DNA of 64,000 nucleotides from Leidyana gryllorum EB-2025a (Eukaryota > Protista > Apicomplexa). Numbering within the stretch: the stretch's first letter is position 1; every line of letters begins with the position of its first letter. Shown here in pieces: positions 23,370 through 36,231 of this stretch. The notes under the pieces were generated by a model. The model was not told where the DNA came from. It saw nothing but the letters and a program-made list of their open reading frames with translations, and made no database searches. Position numbers and translations under genes: made by a program. The stretch is from positions 930,001-994,000 of the forward strand of contig JBLWGC010000104.1 in assembly GCA_048772705.1 (NCBI GenBank). Reading direction: 5' to 3'.

Positions 23370-24698
23370 ATGCGTGAGATTGTCCAGATTCAAGCCGGCC
23401 AATGTGGCAACCAAATCGGAGCCAAGTTCTGGGAAGTCATTTCAGACGAACATGGAGTTGATGGTCGCGGAAATTACGTTGGCGACTCCATGATTCAGTT
23501 GGAGAGAATCAACGTGTTCTTCCGGGAGTCCCAACATGGACGATTCGTCCCGCGCGCTGTCTTAATGGACTTGGAGCCGGGAACGATGGATTCAGTTCGC
23601 GCTGGTCCTTATGGAGCTCTGTTCAGACCCGACAACTTTGTCTTCGGTCAGTCTGGGGCTGGAAACAACTGGGCTAAAGGGCACTACACTGAGGGTGCTG
23701 AACTCATCGAAGCAGTCTTGGAAGTTGTACGTCGGGATGCCGAGGCCTGCGACTGCTTGCAGGGTTTCCAAGTGACCCATTCGCTTGGTGGTGGTACTGG
23801 TTCAGGTATGGGTACCTTGTTGGTATCCAAAATCCGTGAGGAGTACCCCGATCGTATTATGGAAACCTTCTCGGTCTTCCCTTCTCCCAAGGTGTCCGAC
23901 ACTGTTGTCGAGCCCTACAATGCGACTCTTTCGGTCCATCAATTGGTCGAGAACGCAGACTTTGTCAATGCTATTGATAATGAAGCACTGTACGACATTT
24001 GCTTCCGGACCTTGAAGCTCACCACACCCACCTACGGTGACCTGAACCATCTTGTCTCTGCCGCCATGTCAGGTGTGACATGCTGCTTGCGTTTCCCTGG
24101 TCAATTGAACTCCGATCTCCGCAAGCTCGCCGTCAACCTTATTCCTTTCCCTCGTCTTCACTTCTTCATGATCGGTTTCGCTCCTTTGACGAGCCGTGGA
24201 TCGCAGCCATACCGCTCTCTCACTGTCCCAGAGCTTAGTCAGCAGTCCTTCGATGCTAAAAACATGATGTGTGCCTCGGACCCTCGTCATGGCCGCTACC
24301 TTACCGCGTGTGTCCTGTTCCGTGGACGCATGTCTACCAAAGATGTGGATGTGGAAATGGTGAACGTTCAGAACCGTATGTCCAGCTCCTTCGTCGAATG
24401 GATCCCGTGCAACATCAAGACCGCTATCTGTGATGTGCCTCCCAAGGGTCTTAAGATGTCGTCAACCTTCATCGGCAACAGTACTGCCGTCCAAGAAATG
24501 TTCCGTCGTGTGGCTGATCAGTTCGTAGTCATGTTCAGGAGAAAGGCTTTCCTTCATTGGTACATTGGTGAGGGTATGGACGAAATGGAGTTCACGGAAG
24601 CTGAATCCAACATGAATGATCTCGTTGCTGAATACCAGCAATATCAAGAAGCCAGCGTCGAAGAAGAAGGCTCTGAGGGAGAGATGGAAGGCCAATGA
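23370..24698 (+). CDS. TUBB: Beta-tubulin, divergent, intronless (442 aa)
   Basis: MREI start, GGGTGSG signature, [11 protein letters not shown] and an acidic tail. Confidence 0.98.
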   Translation: MREIVQIQAGQCGNQIGAKFWEVISDEHGVDGRGNYVGDSMIQLERINVFFRESQHGRFVPRAVLMDLEPGTMDSVRAGPYGALFRPDNFVFGQSGAGNNWAKGHYTEGAELIEAVLEVVRRDAEACDCLQGFQVTHSLGGGTGSGMGTLLVSKIREEYPDRIMETFSVFPSPKVSDTVVEPYNATLSVHQLVENADFVNAIDNEALYDICFRTLKLTTPTYGDLNHLVSAAMSGVTCCLRFPGQLNSDLRKLAVNLIPFPRLHFFMIGFAPLTSRGSQPYRSLTVPELSQQSFDAKNMMCASDPRHGRYLTACVLFRGRMSTKDVDVEMVNVQNRMSSSFVEWIPCNIKTAICDVPPKGLKMSSTFIGNSTAVQEMFRRVADQFVVMFRRKAFLHWYIGEGMDEMEFTEAESNMNDLVAEYQQYQEASVEEEGSEGEMEGQ

Positions 24699-24910
24699 TC
24701 AATGAACCACCACAGATAGATTTTTATCAATACGGTTAGGATCGACCATTGTCTTGGGCATCATATCCCTTCAATAAGCGATTTATTGCTGCTTCTGATT
24801 ATGTTTCATATATTGTATATGCCTTGATTGCATATCTTGCGAACAGCCAGATACATTTAGTACTTCCGCACCCGCGATCCAGTGACGTAACGAGCGAGGC
24901 TGCTGATTAA

Positions 24911-26166
24911 TCAGTCTTCCTCTTGCCGCCGCCGACTTTGGTTTATTAGCCGTTCGACATTTGGTGTCACATTCATTCGCTTGAGACATCTTCCAAGAAA
25001 GACAAACTCACTCTGGTCCTCCAAAAAGCACCCTACATCCTGAGCAAAAGCGCAGTCGCTCCCGCTATTGATATCGAACACGTGTTCGCCCAGCAACAAT
25101 TGGGCCTTCCCAGACTTCCGCACCACTATTTTGCCCAATCGGCCTTCTGGCAACTCGGAAAGCTTCGCAGGGAGGTATCTGTCAGCATCATCCTTAGCCT
25201 GCCCCATTCGTGAGGACACCCGTCTGCTCTCCCGCTCCTTGACCTTCTCTTTAGCCTTTCGTTCTTCTTCAGTCATCAATTCCTCAGACATTCGCTCATG
25301 TTGAAGGCTCATTGCCGCAGTGTCTAAAGCCGGTAACTGCGAAGGCATTTGTACAAGCATCCACTGATTGATGTCATCCAATCCATCGTCGTCTTCAAAC
25401 AGCACCGCTGCATTTCGATTTACTTCATCCACATGCTTCATCGAGGGACGTTGTGATTTCGGCTGTTGGCCTGCTCCTCCATCAGTCTGTTTGGTGCCTG
25501 TTAGCGGCCCGCTTCTTTCATCGTCATCTTCTCTGATGACATACGGTAGAGAGATCGGAGTATATAAAGCATCGTTTTCCTTCCCTTCGGGTGCCCAGGA
25601 CAGTTCCAATATATCTCTGCTCTTGTTGGCATCCCTCTTTTTCCTGCGCATCATTTCGAACTGCTGCATCTTATTGTTCTGAGGACCTGCGGACACAATA
25701 CGATTCGCCAGATTCCCAACTTTGACAACAGGCCGTTGTGAGTCATTGCGCTGTGATACAGCTAATCGTTGTGCGAGAAGGTCCTGAATGCTGGTATTCG
25801 GTGCACCCGTCGAAGGACGACCTGTTGGCATTCCAGCTTTTGGAACGCCAACCGTCCCGGCTTTGGGCGTAGCGGTCTTGATGGCATGGGGCGTGAACGA
25901 GAATTTCGCTTTTGGTGCTGGTAATGCACCTGACGCGAGACCTCCCGACTCTGTGACGGATCATCCAATTTGCAACGGGGCTAAGCACTTACTTGGTTTG
26001 GGCCGTGCTGTGCCACTGGATTTACCAAGAGCGCCAGGTCGCACGAGCGTTTGCAGACTTGAACTGCGTAGCGAGACTACGAATACACTCGCAAGTGGAG
26101 GAGGACGGTGGGACAATACTTACCAGGCTGGCCTGCCTTGGGGGTTGGCTTGTTGGGGTCACTCAT
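24911..26166 (-). CDS. RPC4: RNA polymerase III subunit RPC4
   Basis: C-terminal LVQMPSQLP...LSELPEGRLGKIVVRKSGKAQLLLG..FDI..G..F.QDV..LG..VTPN. Two 5' introns lead back to MSDPNKP at 26166. Confidence 0.9.
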
Positions 26167-28180
26167 TGCTGACCAAAAAAAGCTGGTGGCCCTTCCGTCA
26201 AAAAGTCTGATGAGAGAGAACTACGGCATCCGGTCTGCGTTATAATGACAGCGAACAATATCTCAATGGCTCTCTCGTTATCACCCACCCTTCGACTCTG
26301 AGAAGAAAGGGAGTTGCTGCAACCCAGCAGGTTTTGGAGTCAATATGGACTCGAGAGATCCAATCTGCTACTTGGTGCTGTTGTGATGCCCCCCGTCCCA
26401 ATAACAAGATTGCATAGCACGTAGTGTAATGTTGAAAGGACCAGTGGTGATCGAAGAACTCGTTCTGCCGCGACAGCCCTCAGTAGAGTTAAGGGGACAG
26501 TCCCACACTTCATAAGTCATCAGTGGTGTGCGTAAGACAGAACAGTTTTGGGTACATGCTTTTCAAGAGCGCTATCTACAAATCACTATCAGCTCCTGAT
26601 ATCATCTGAGCTTCGAAGATTGAACATGAAGCTGACATGATCCTCTGCAGCATCTATCTGATCAACTGGTGAACCCACCCTGTGGAATGAGCTGCGATCA
26701 CGAAGCTGCGATTACGGAGACTTGTCCACCTCAATGATGAACTCGCTGCCCGATATGTCTCTGGTGGCATTCAATGAACAGTTTATGGGAAGACTACGAC
26801 ATGAAAGTCAATGTGGTTGGTGATCCACTTGTTCAAAAGAAGTGAAAGATGCAATCCTACGTAAATACGCCGGACCATGGTGTGTGCATGGTCCAGAGGG
26901 CGCTGGGAGGCAGAGGAACTACCGAGACTGGGGCAATCCCAGGTTTACGGATAGGTTGGGCATCGATGTACTTCTGATCAACGGCCATGTGCGGAGGCGT
27001 TTGTCCATCAGCTCTGGCAAGATGAGTGGAGATTTCTGTCTGGCTGCATAGAGATCATGGAGGAGTCAATTCTCTTGTTGGCTCGCTTTCTGCGAGTTCG
27101 GGGATGCTCTCTGCGCGACCGTAGGCACCTCTCGGAGACTGCGTGGATGACGATGGCGCGAATTCGGCGACTCGTTCATCATGAACAATACGCGCGACTT
27201 TGAGCACCGGACCTACACAAAGGAGGTCGTTGAGTATCTCTGATTTCTTGAGTATTCTTTCACAAGGAGGGATTGATCTATGGGCATTTAGCTTATAAAG
27301 TGTCTGTCCCAATGGAAGTGTGAACGGTTGCGTAATAACGCTGCCAGAGATGAGAAGTGTAGCGATCAGTCTTCATTCTATTGAGGGGATTCTCGGTCTT
27401 TTCTGCTTTACTCGTTGGAAATGTGTTCCGTGGGGACATTGTGTCGTGAGAACATCGAACTCTGAGCGTTGGTACAAAAATCTGAGTTGTGGACAGTGTT
27501 GGCATCGAGTTGAAGCACCAACTTGGTGGGAAGACATATGAATTCGGTTTCGATGGATATCGAGCGGTTTGTCGACAATTTCCAGATGGGACAGAAGGGG
27601 TCGCAGGTTCCGTTGGAGGACAAAACGTGACACAGGAGTGATTCTAATTTATTGTTTTTCACATTCCACATCCTTCCATGAAGTTGAGTGTCGGTGTCCG
27701 TCCGATGACTGCGAAGACGTAAAATTCATCTGTCCCTGTTTCATACCATGGGGGATGAAACTAAGAGTCTACACTGCGACAAACTTTCGACTGGCTGCGG
27801 CTGGGCAGAAGTTTCACAAGTGTCGCGTCCCCAGAGACGTAAGGGCCCGTTGATCGGCAGATCAATCGGTTTGTATGTCGAGCGCTTTGGAGCTGTTTAC
27901 TGATACTCGAGTACCCATGGCCAATGTTGCCGGCCCGAACATCATTGTATCCCTCCAAGACTGTTACCACCAAGATTTCTACTGGTGGTATGCGTATCAC
28001 GTTTACCCCCGAGATTGACTACAAAAACTTCTAAATTATGATAACGTTCCAATCATGTGAAGGCAAAACTTATGCTACATCCTCACAGCATAAGGACACT
28101 GGGACAATCTGATGAAGAAAGCCTCTGAACCTGCGTCGTAACGCAGCAAAGGCAGAGTGTCCTCGAAGACAAAGAATGGA

Positions 28181-29104
28181 TCACCGCCGTTCTCTGTAGC
28201 GGTCGCGCGTTAGCTTCCGGATGCGGAGCACTTCCTTACATGGACGAACCCTGAGCGGACGCATAGAAATGATCCGTTTGAGGTTGTCCACGTGTTTAGC
28301 CTCCTGTTCTGTCATAGGCGCCCGAGATCCATCCTCCAGGAAACGCCCTACCGGATCTCCTCTCTGAGGATGTTGTATCACGAAGGTCTTGTATTCCTGG
28401 TCGTGTGCCCACTTCAGTCCGAAGTCCGTTATTGGGAGCGTCCGAGGGAGTTCTTCCGAGGCAAGTCTGTAGAAATCTGGATCGTATCCACGAAGGAGGT
28501 CTACGGTCGTCCACTGGCGATAGCGTAGAGCAATGACGATCGGGTTGTTGTACAGCTCGTACTCCAGAAGGAAGTTATCTGTGACCAGATACCTTGTTTC
28601 CGGATATCGGTACATCATACGAAGGACATCAATGAGGCCGTCCTTCGCGGCGGCGCGAGCAAGACATGTCCATTCGCGACGAAACTCCGACGGCGTCCAC
28701 AGGAATTCGTGCAACAGTAACCATACTGTACCATTTGGGCTTTCGCCGGCGATACGCATAGCGCTATACTTTACGTATCGGCAGCGTTCATCTCTGGTAA
28801 AGGTACTGAGGATACGTTGACAGAGCCAAAGTGCGGCTCCCCATTTCTCGGTTCGAATTGCGCAGTAGAGCAAGGCATTAGCCCATGCATACCCAGCTTT
28901 CGGATTCGGAAGTGGTCTACCTTGGCAAAATTCGACCATGGATTCATGAGTAGTCGAAGCCTCCAACGTTGGAAGAGGGTCATCATAATTGGGATTGACG
29001 AGAAGATAATCGTCAATCACTGATAGGAGTGGGCAGAACCAGCGCCAGGCAGCTACTGCGATGCTTTCACTGCCTATTTCGTCGTTTGGCCATGATTCTT
29101 CCAT
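28181..29104 (-). CDS. 307-aa intronless protein with degenerate ankyrin-like helical repeats
   Basis: ALLYCAIRTEKWGAALWL, LARAAAKDGLIDVLRMM and PIVIALRYRQWTTVDLL resemble ankyrin helix pairs. Confidence 0.5.
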   Translation of the reverse strand: MEESWPNDEIGSESIAVAAWRWFCPLLSVIDDYLLVNPNYDDPLPTLEASTTHESMVEFCQGRPLPNPKAGYAWANALLYCAIRTEKWGAALWLCQRILSTFTRDERCRYVKYSAMRIAGESPNGTVWLLLHEFLWTPSEFRREWTCLARAAAKDGLIDVLRMMYRYPETRYLVTDNFLLEYELYNNPIVIALRYRQWTTVDLLRGYDPDFYRLASEELPRTLPITDFGLKWAHDQEYKTFVIQHPQRGDPVGRFLEDGSRAPMTEQEAKHVDNLKRIISMRPLRVRPCKEVLRIRKLTRDRYRERR

Positions 29105-29705
29105 GTTTGATTCCTAGCTTGTGATTGATCTCTTCTGACTTCTGAAGTAAACTTCTTTCGTCAAATCTGCATGCAACTTGTAACTTAACCACTGATACCA
29201 AATCAAAATTGGGTCATTGATTTGAGCTTTACGACAGCTCTCCTTCCTTTGAACAGCCCTCTCCTTTCATCTCGAGCCTCTCTTACACATTGTACCCCAA
29301 CCCCTCATTCCCATCGACACTTACAAGAAATTTCACTTTTCGCAATACTTCATTTCACTCATTACTTCGCCCGATCCCCACACTTTTCGACGTCTCTCCC
29401 CACACACTCACGACACATGCGATTTTAGGCTCTCAAAAGCGTCTACGCGCTCACCTCTGTGCCCCATTCGACCTGCAGCGCCTTTCTCTCGCCCCCTTCT
29501 GCCCCGTACCCACTCTAGAGACGCTGAACGCAACACAAACTTGAGTTCACATGCCGCTCAACTTGACGAGGGAGAGCCTGCGACACTTACGAAAAGTGCT
29601 CTCCAACCGCCGTAGAATAACCTCTCATTGTAGAGACAGTGTACTATAGCCAATGTTTGAGTGTTAAAGTCCACAAAAGGTGTCAACGCTACAGACCCGA
29701 AGAGT

Positions 29706-30314
29706 CTAAGCAAATTGCGGAGTGAAGGGCTTGAACTTTGGTTGGGCCTTCACAGTCTCGTAGACGTGTTTCAGTGTCGTGAATTTATCAAGATTTGGGA
29801 CTTCGATGCCACCAAACTTGCGCGCTGCAATGTCGTACCAGCAGTATACAGTGATATCAGCGACGGACAGTTTTCCACCAACACAGAAGCCGTTTGAGGC
29901 GCTGGCCTTCACGATCTTCTCGAGGTTGGTGAAGTATTTGACGAACTGCTGCTCGCAGTGCCGCTGGGCAGTCGCCTTGGAAGCATCATCAGGAGCGAAG
30001 AGAACGGGCACCAATGAGCTCCACAGATCTTCCGGGTAGTGAATGATTTGTTCCACCTTCAACACTTCTTCGGCAGCAGACGGAACGAGTCCGGCCCTCC
30101 GTCCAGCGTACATCAAAATTGCCAAAGACTCGACATACTTCTTGCCATCGACCTCCAGAACAGGTAACGAGCCTGAAGGAGAATACTCCTTGTAAGCCGG
30201 CTCGCCCAACTTGAAGCGACGATCTTCGAATTCAATGCCACCCAGAGTGAACGCCAGTCTGATGGCCTCACCGCGTCCAGCCAGGTCAAAGTAGGAGAAG
30301 ATGGGCTTGCTCAT
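29706..30314 (-). CDS. Glutathione S-transferase (sigma-like), copy 1
   Basis: YFDLAGRGEAIRL, PSGSLPVLEVDG, ESLAILMY and VGGKLSVAD. Confidence 0.93.
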   Translation of the reverse strand: MSKPIFSYFDLAGRGEAIRLAFTLGGIEFEDRRFKLGEPAYKEYSPSGSLPVLEVDGKKYVESLAILMYAGRRAGLVPSAAEEVLKVEQIIHYPEDLWSSLVPVLFAPDDASKATAQRHCEQQFVKYFTNLEKIVKASASNGFCVGGKLSVADITVYCWYDIAARKFGGIEVPNLDKFTTLKHVYETVKAQPKFKPFTPQFA

Positions 30315-30442
30315 TGATGGTCGTCTGTCACGAAAAAATATGCACCTTGAGACCGTGTGGTGGGTGACACACCTGTCCCATTCCGTCAGCGGCGATCGGG
30401 AAAGGGTTCAGCGGCGAACCCTCTAATGTTCTGTTACTGACG

Positions 30443-31054
30443 CTACTGTGCTAACTGGGGGGCAAAGGGCTCATATCTGGGGTGTCGTTTCACTGTCTCG
30501 TAGACTTGCTTCAGAGCGGCATACTTGTCCAAGTTGGGCACGTTCAATCCGTGAAGATGGCTAACAGCCGTCTCATACCAACAGTAGACGGAGAGATCGG
30601 CCACTGACAATGTGCCACCCACACAGTATCCCTCCTTGACTTCGTCTTTCACCATCTTCTCCAGGATGCCAAAATACTTGGTGAATTGTTCCTCGCACTT
30701 CTTGCGAGCAGCAGCCTTGGAGTCCTCGTCTACACCATATACAATGGGACGGATCCATTTGTACAAGTCTTCTGGATAATGGATGATCTGCATAACTCTC
30801 ATAACTTCCTCTGGAGAAGACGGAACGAGCCCGGCTCTCCGTCCAGCGTACATCAGAATAGCCAACGACTCAATGTACTTGGTGCCATTAACTTCCAAGA
30901 CTGGCACGCGACCTGAAGGGGAGTATTCTCTCCAACTGGGATCATCTCGTCTGCAACGGCGATCTTCGAAGTCTACCTGGCCTATTTTGAACGCCAAGCG
31001 GATGGCCTGGGCCCGGCCTGGAACATCAAAGTAGGTTAGAATCGGTTTGCTCAT
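30443..31054 (-). CDS. Glutathione S-transferase (sigma-like), copy 2
   Basis: MSKPILTYFDVPGRAQAIRL, PSGRVPVLEVNG and VGGTLSVAD; paralog of copies 1 and 3. Confidence 0.93.
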   Translation of the reverse strand: MSKPILTYFDVPGRAQAIRLAFKIGQVDFEDRRCRRDDPSWREYSPSGRVPVLEVNGTKYIESLAILMYAGRRAGLVPSSPEEVMRVMQIIHYPEDLYKWIRPIVYGVDEDSKAAARKKCEEQFTKYFGILEKMVKDEVKEGYCVGGTLSVADLSVYCWYETAVSHLHGLNVPNLDKYAALKQVYETVKRHPRYEPFAPQLAQ

Positions 31055-31210
31055 TCCAGTCTGTTTACAAAATGACGTCGCGACCGCTGTGTGTTTCAGC
31101 CATAAGGGAGGCACAACAACTAAAGACACAACCTGTCACTTGTTCATCATGACACTTAATTGACTACAGTAGTGTAAAGTTCATAGTGCAGTCTTTGAGG
31201 AGACAGCGGG

Positions 31211-31819
31211 CTATGCGAATTGAGGGGTGAATGGCTCGTATTTGGGATGTTTCTTCACAGTTTCGTAGACTTGTTTGAGGGTTGAGTACTTATCCAGATT
31301 TGGGACATTCAGTCCGTACAAATGACTGGCTGGAATCTCGTACCAACAATATACGGAGAGATCGGCCACGGACAATGTGCCACCCACACAGTAGCCGCCC
31401 TTCGCGGTCTCTTTGACAATCTTCTCCAGGTTGCCGAAGTACTTTGTGAACTGCTGCTCGCATGTCTTGCGCGCCGAGTTCCTCGTGGAGTCATCTGGTG
31501 CGAAGATCACCGGGATGATGTATTTCCACAGGTCCTCTGGATAATGGATTATTTGCATCACTTTCATTACCTCCTCGGGGGACGAAGGGACCAGTCCGGC
31601 CTTTCTCCCAGCGTACATCAAAATTGCCAAAGACTCGACGAACTTCTTGCCATCGACCTCCAACACAGGAACGTGCCCTGAAGGCGAATACTCCTTATAG
31701 TTGGCATCGTCTAACTTATAACGACGATCCTCGAATTCGATCCCTCCAATTTTGAAGGCTAAGCGGATAGCTTGCGCTCGGCCAGGGCCATCAAAGTACG
31801 TCAAGATATGTCGACTCAT
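31211..31819 (-). CDS. Glutathione S-transferase (sigma-like), copy 3
   Basis: MSRHILTYFDGPGRAQAIRL, PSGHVPVLEVDG and VGGTLSVAD. Confidence 0.93.
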   Translation of the reverse strand: MSRHILTYFDGPGRAQAIRLAFKIGGIEFEDRRYKLDDANYKEYSPSGHVPVLEVDGKKFVESLAILMYAGRKAGLVPSSPEEVMKVMQIIHYPEDLWKYIIPVIFAPDDSTRNSARKTCEQQFTKYFGNLEKIVKETAKGGYCVGGTLSVADLSVYCWYEIPASHLYGLNVPNLDKYSTLKQVYETVKKHPKYEPFTPQFA

Positions 31820-32014
31820 TCCAACTGCCTCCACAAAAAATGCTTTCGAGTTTAGTCCCAAAGCACCCAATGTGACACACTCCCTTTCTCGCCAAAACTA
31901 GTCTTCCTGCCCCCTGATACAGGCCGCACATATGTGTATGTGAGTTGTGGCGTGTGTGTCTCGCTTCCATCAGCCCGCTGGTTGAGCAATGTATTGTGTT
32001 GCTGGCTACGGTCA

Positions 32015-34508
32015 CTACTGCCCCCTTGTGAACGGTGAGGGGCGGGGAAGCTGATTTTCGTTAGTGGTTGCCCTGGCTGGCCGCTGTATCGGACGTTTCT
32101 GGACTGCTGGCGGAATCATGCTCTTCCGTCCAACGGCCATCAAGTTCTTCTGAGTGGCTGTTTGAGTTCGCGCTTCCTGCGGCACGTTCTTTGCCGCTCG
32201 CACCTCTTCTACCCAGGATGGACCCTGCTGGGACGCTCGGTAGAGCAGCGGATCAAGCGAAGTGTCCGATCCGGTTTCTCGCCGAGACGCGGAGCTTTGT
32301 GATGTGTAATCTGATGGTTGATGTCCGTGCCGCCGAATGTCAATCAGACGCTTAGTAAAGTCTCTCTGCACCCGGTCCGTGTCGTCTTGCCCTCCCGTTC
32401 CGGCCTCCTCCTGGGTGAGGTCCACCATCGCAACGTGAGTCCTCTGAGGCTTCGACATTGTAAACGCCGAGTGCGGGAGGCCCGCTGGAGTAGCCGCCAG
32501 ACTCGAAGCAAGCCCGCTTCCCCGTGGTTCACTATCCAGAATCTGATCAATTTCTCTTTCACGATCTCTTGTCCGAGTCATAGGCGCAATCTTTGACTGC
32601 GTTGGATCCCGAGAGTGCCGGTACGCCACGGACGTCTGTCCCTGTTGCTGTAGCTCAAGGTTGCGAGACGCCGATCTCGTCACCATTTTCCTCTGCTCCA
32701 TAGGAGTGCATACATTCTGGATAGTGAACGCCGCTCCACCAGCGCCGGAACGCATCACTGATGACCCGTCTCTGTTGTTCGCCCAGCAATCCTCCAGCTC
32801 GCTCTCGTCCATACTTTCGCCACGAGTGATGTCATATGGTTCCTCCGATTTCTCCGAGTATGAAGCCTCCACTGGAAGGGGTGCTTCCTCATCGTCGCTC
32901 TCCTCATCGGCCGCGTCACCCTCGTCGTATCTCATCCCATCTCTCTCAAAGTGCTGTCTTGAGACTTGACACTCCTCCTCACTGTCATTTTCTTCATCAT
33001 CGTGACCAGTCTCCTCGCGTACTTGCTGCAAACTCCGCTCCGCGCCCTCCGCTACCTCATGCGAGTGAGAAGGTGCTCGGTCCTCATCCTCAAGATCACT
33101 AGAAGCTCGCGCATCGTTGCTAACGATACCCGCCGCGCTGCACACCGGGGAATCATCAACAGCTGCCGAACAACTTGTGACATCCGCCTCCATACTACTC
33201 CGGCGACGCCGGCGGAACACGCTGCCTCCGGCTGGATCTCGGTACAGATAACCCATGGTGAGCATAGTGGCAGCCACTGCCATGTCGCAGAATAGCTGGA
33301 GGGGACGAGCCAGTGTGTGCACATTTGTAGGGTTGAGTGGGTCGTACACACTCGGGCTGACCCAGTTGAAATTGTCATGTTCAGGAATATCGTCCAGACC
33401 GAACAGTGGATGCCCTCGTAGAACCAAGGCTCGCACAGTATCGAAGCTGAAGAAACAGAATATATGCGTAGCACAGACCACACTGATCAATAAATGGAAT
33501 TGTGATACACGGTATACCGCTCGGTATTTGGCACATATTGGACCCAAAAGCTTCATTCCAAACACAGACGTCACAATCGAGACGGTGGCCATTGCAGTCA
33601 TACAAGGGTATGCAAGAATACTCAGCTCCGACGTCAGAGAATTGGCAGCTCCGTGAATGGCCCGTTTCGTTGCTATTCCCGCACCAACACTGTACGGTTG
33701 CCAGGGCATCAGGTACCCCCCATGCCAACAAATCCAACCTAGGAAGAACCTCAAGGGGCCTCCCATAGCGCCACCGTCTTGTGTCGGCAACTCCGACAGA
33801 TAATTCAAAGGAATGGAAACGAGTAGCCAGACATTACGGCTCAGGATGGACAGCGCGTGAACCATCTCAACCAATATGGTTCCGGTATATGCACACGCAC
33901 TGGCCATACTCGCAGGCAGCAATTTCGCCACGAAGGAGTCGGAACTGGTCAGTTGCTCCAAGATTTTGACCCCAATTGCCGCTACAAAAGCCTTCAGACC
34001 AGTGCATAGAGCAATCAGAAGCTGGGCGGCGCTGTCCAGGGGCAAATTGTTGATGAATGAAGACCAGCCAGGAGTGTCGGCCAGTATCAGAGCTACTACA
34101 CAGGTCGTGACCACCATGAAGAACATGAAGATCGTTAGTCTTAGGCACAGACTCGTTATCAAAAGGCAGCGCTGCAGCCATGATTCCTCGCAAGGTCGAG
34201 CGGGGAGCGTTGGTAGTGTCAAAGCATTGCGGGCGGCCGATCGCATATTGAAGAGAGGTTTCAATACGACATAAGCTTTGATCAACTCTCTGCGAAGAAG
34301 TGCCAGACTGCACGCCAGTGACTCACTTTTGAGTAAAAGCCAATGCAGAAACGGTGGCTAGGAACAACGAACCTGCCGCCACGGCTCCTTGAATGATCTC
34401 CTTCCAAGGGACGCCTTCATAATCGTCAAGATCAACACTGAACTGGTTTCCGAAGGTCGCGAAGAGAAACACTCCCAAACTGACGGCCTGAGTCAAGGCA
34501 CCAGGCAT
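32015..34508 (-). CDS. Multi-pass membrane protein with acidic/disordered C-terminal half, function unknown
   Basis: Exon MPGALTQAV..QK is spliced (GTGAGT..CAG) to the 756-aa ORF. Several hydrophobic helices, then a D/E/S-rich tail. Confidence 0.75.
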
Positions 34509-34551
34509 TCCTAACTAATTCTGCAAAGTATCAGAAAATCTTGGGTGGTCT

Positions 34552-36231
34552 TCAAACAGCTACCACACTGCCGTTGAAAGCAGAAATAGGGCCATTCCAA
34601 AGGGCCAAATCTTTGCCTAGACCGACTTGGTCCCCCTTGCTGAGGAAAGACTTGTCAGACAATGATAAAGAAGACCCTTGCCAAAGTGTAGAAGCCTCGC
34701 CTGTTCGGCAGGGATAAGGAGCTCCACAATGCTGACTGAAGAGCCTCTTCAGACCAAAGTCATCTGATTCCATCGCTAGCTTGCTAGCACATCTACCAAC
34801 GTAGGTCTCTGGCGCGTTGCACACCCCCATAGGAGACTCATTCCAACCCAGAGGGCACAACACTGACCAATCTCGTAAGCATTGAGCCCCGCTGACATCT
34901 GAAGCGCATGGCCAGACCACCCCGCACCGTCGCTCAATTGTGACCTTATCATTCTGGCCTGTATCACAAATGTCGCCCTGAAGGGCTTCAAGATGGCTAA
35001 CTCACTGCTGCTCTTCTTGATGACTAATGGGACCGGACAGTCACCGTGATAGGCCATCTGGGGTTTGCACTTCGCATTTGTCGGATCTTCAGGAGTTATG
35101 TCGGACCAGCCTAATGGGCAAGTGTATTTCCATGCTTTGTCTACTCGAATGCATCGCTGGCAGGGCCAAGTGACACCACATTTGTGTTCCATGAGCTCTT
35201 TCTGAGCAGCAGAAAGGAGCGGGAAAGCCTGCAGGGGTCTGAAAGTATACATGCAGAGAATCCCGGGTATCAGGACAACTCACACACAATCGCCAGCATA
35301 TGATGGTAGGGCTTCACACTGATTAGCACCTCGCACCGTCAGAGGGGTCCAACCCAAGGGACATTGCTCTGTATAATCCTTCTCACCTGCGTGCCAAGTT
35401 TTGATTGTTCGCTTGACGCTTAACCACATACAAATATCGCCACACGGCCACTTTACGTTGCACTCGATAGCTAATCTGGATTTCTGGCTGGCATTCAACG
35501 CCATTGTCTGCAGGTACGGTCCACATCGTCCCTGGTACCGTCCTGGAGCTTGACATCGTCCATCGGCCAGCTCGACCCAACCTTGCGGACACGGCCACCT
35601 ATAGTCTCTGCGATCAATCATCCATGGAGGCCACGATATGTATTATTAGACTCACTCGGCACATCCTCCGAGACATGGCCAGCGCACCTTGTAATCTCTT
35701 TCTAGGATTTGTTTGTCGAACGGACTATCGGCTACCGGCATCTGGGCCGCCCCGGGCCCGGCGTAGCCAGGGCCAGCTAGGCACTGATTACCAGACGGTG
35801 ATAGTTGCCAGCCTGTTGTTAGAGCCCTGAGGTCGACGGACTTCATCTGGGTCCACATTTACCTTTGGGGCAATCTCTGAGAGACGCTGTGGTTCCAAAG
35901 TGGGTGGTGGACTCACATATTGTAGTTTCTGGGGCAAAATGTCTCGAAGACATCGTCAGAGCTCATGACACTGCTCCCATACTGCCGCCGTAGTTTCTCC
36001 AGCTCGCGGAACAGTCCTTCCACTCGGTATTGTTCAGCTCCGTCTGCCAGCTGCAAGTCGATATGAGCAATCGTGTGGTCCGCGCGGGACATACCTGGTG
36101 AACCTCTGCATTAAGAGCATCCTACGGAAGTGTATCGGGAGCTGCGGCAAGCGTCCTCGACCCACCTGGTTGATCACAGTGCTCCTTGCGTTAGCTGTAG
36201 ACATCGGCAGCACGATCATGTAGAGCATCAT
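34552..36231 (-). CDS. CPW-WPC family secreted protein
   Basis: Repeated C-P-x-G-W...C...Y-x-G-x-C...C-x-V-x-W-P-C units (CPQGW..CNVKWPC, CPLGW..CGVTWPC, VWPC). Hydrophobic N-terminus; many introns. Confidence 0.9.
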
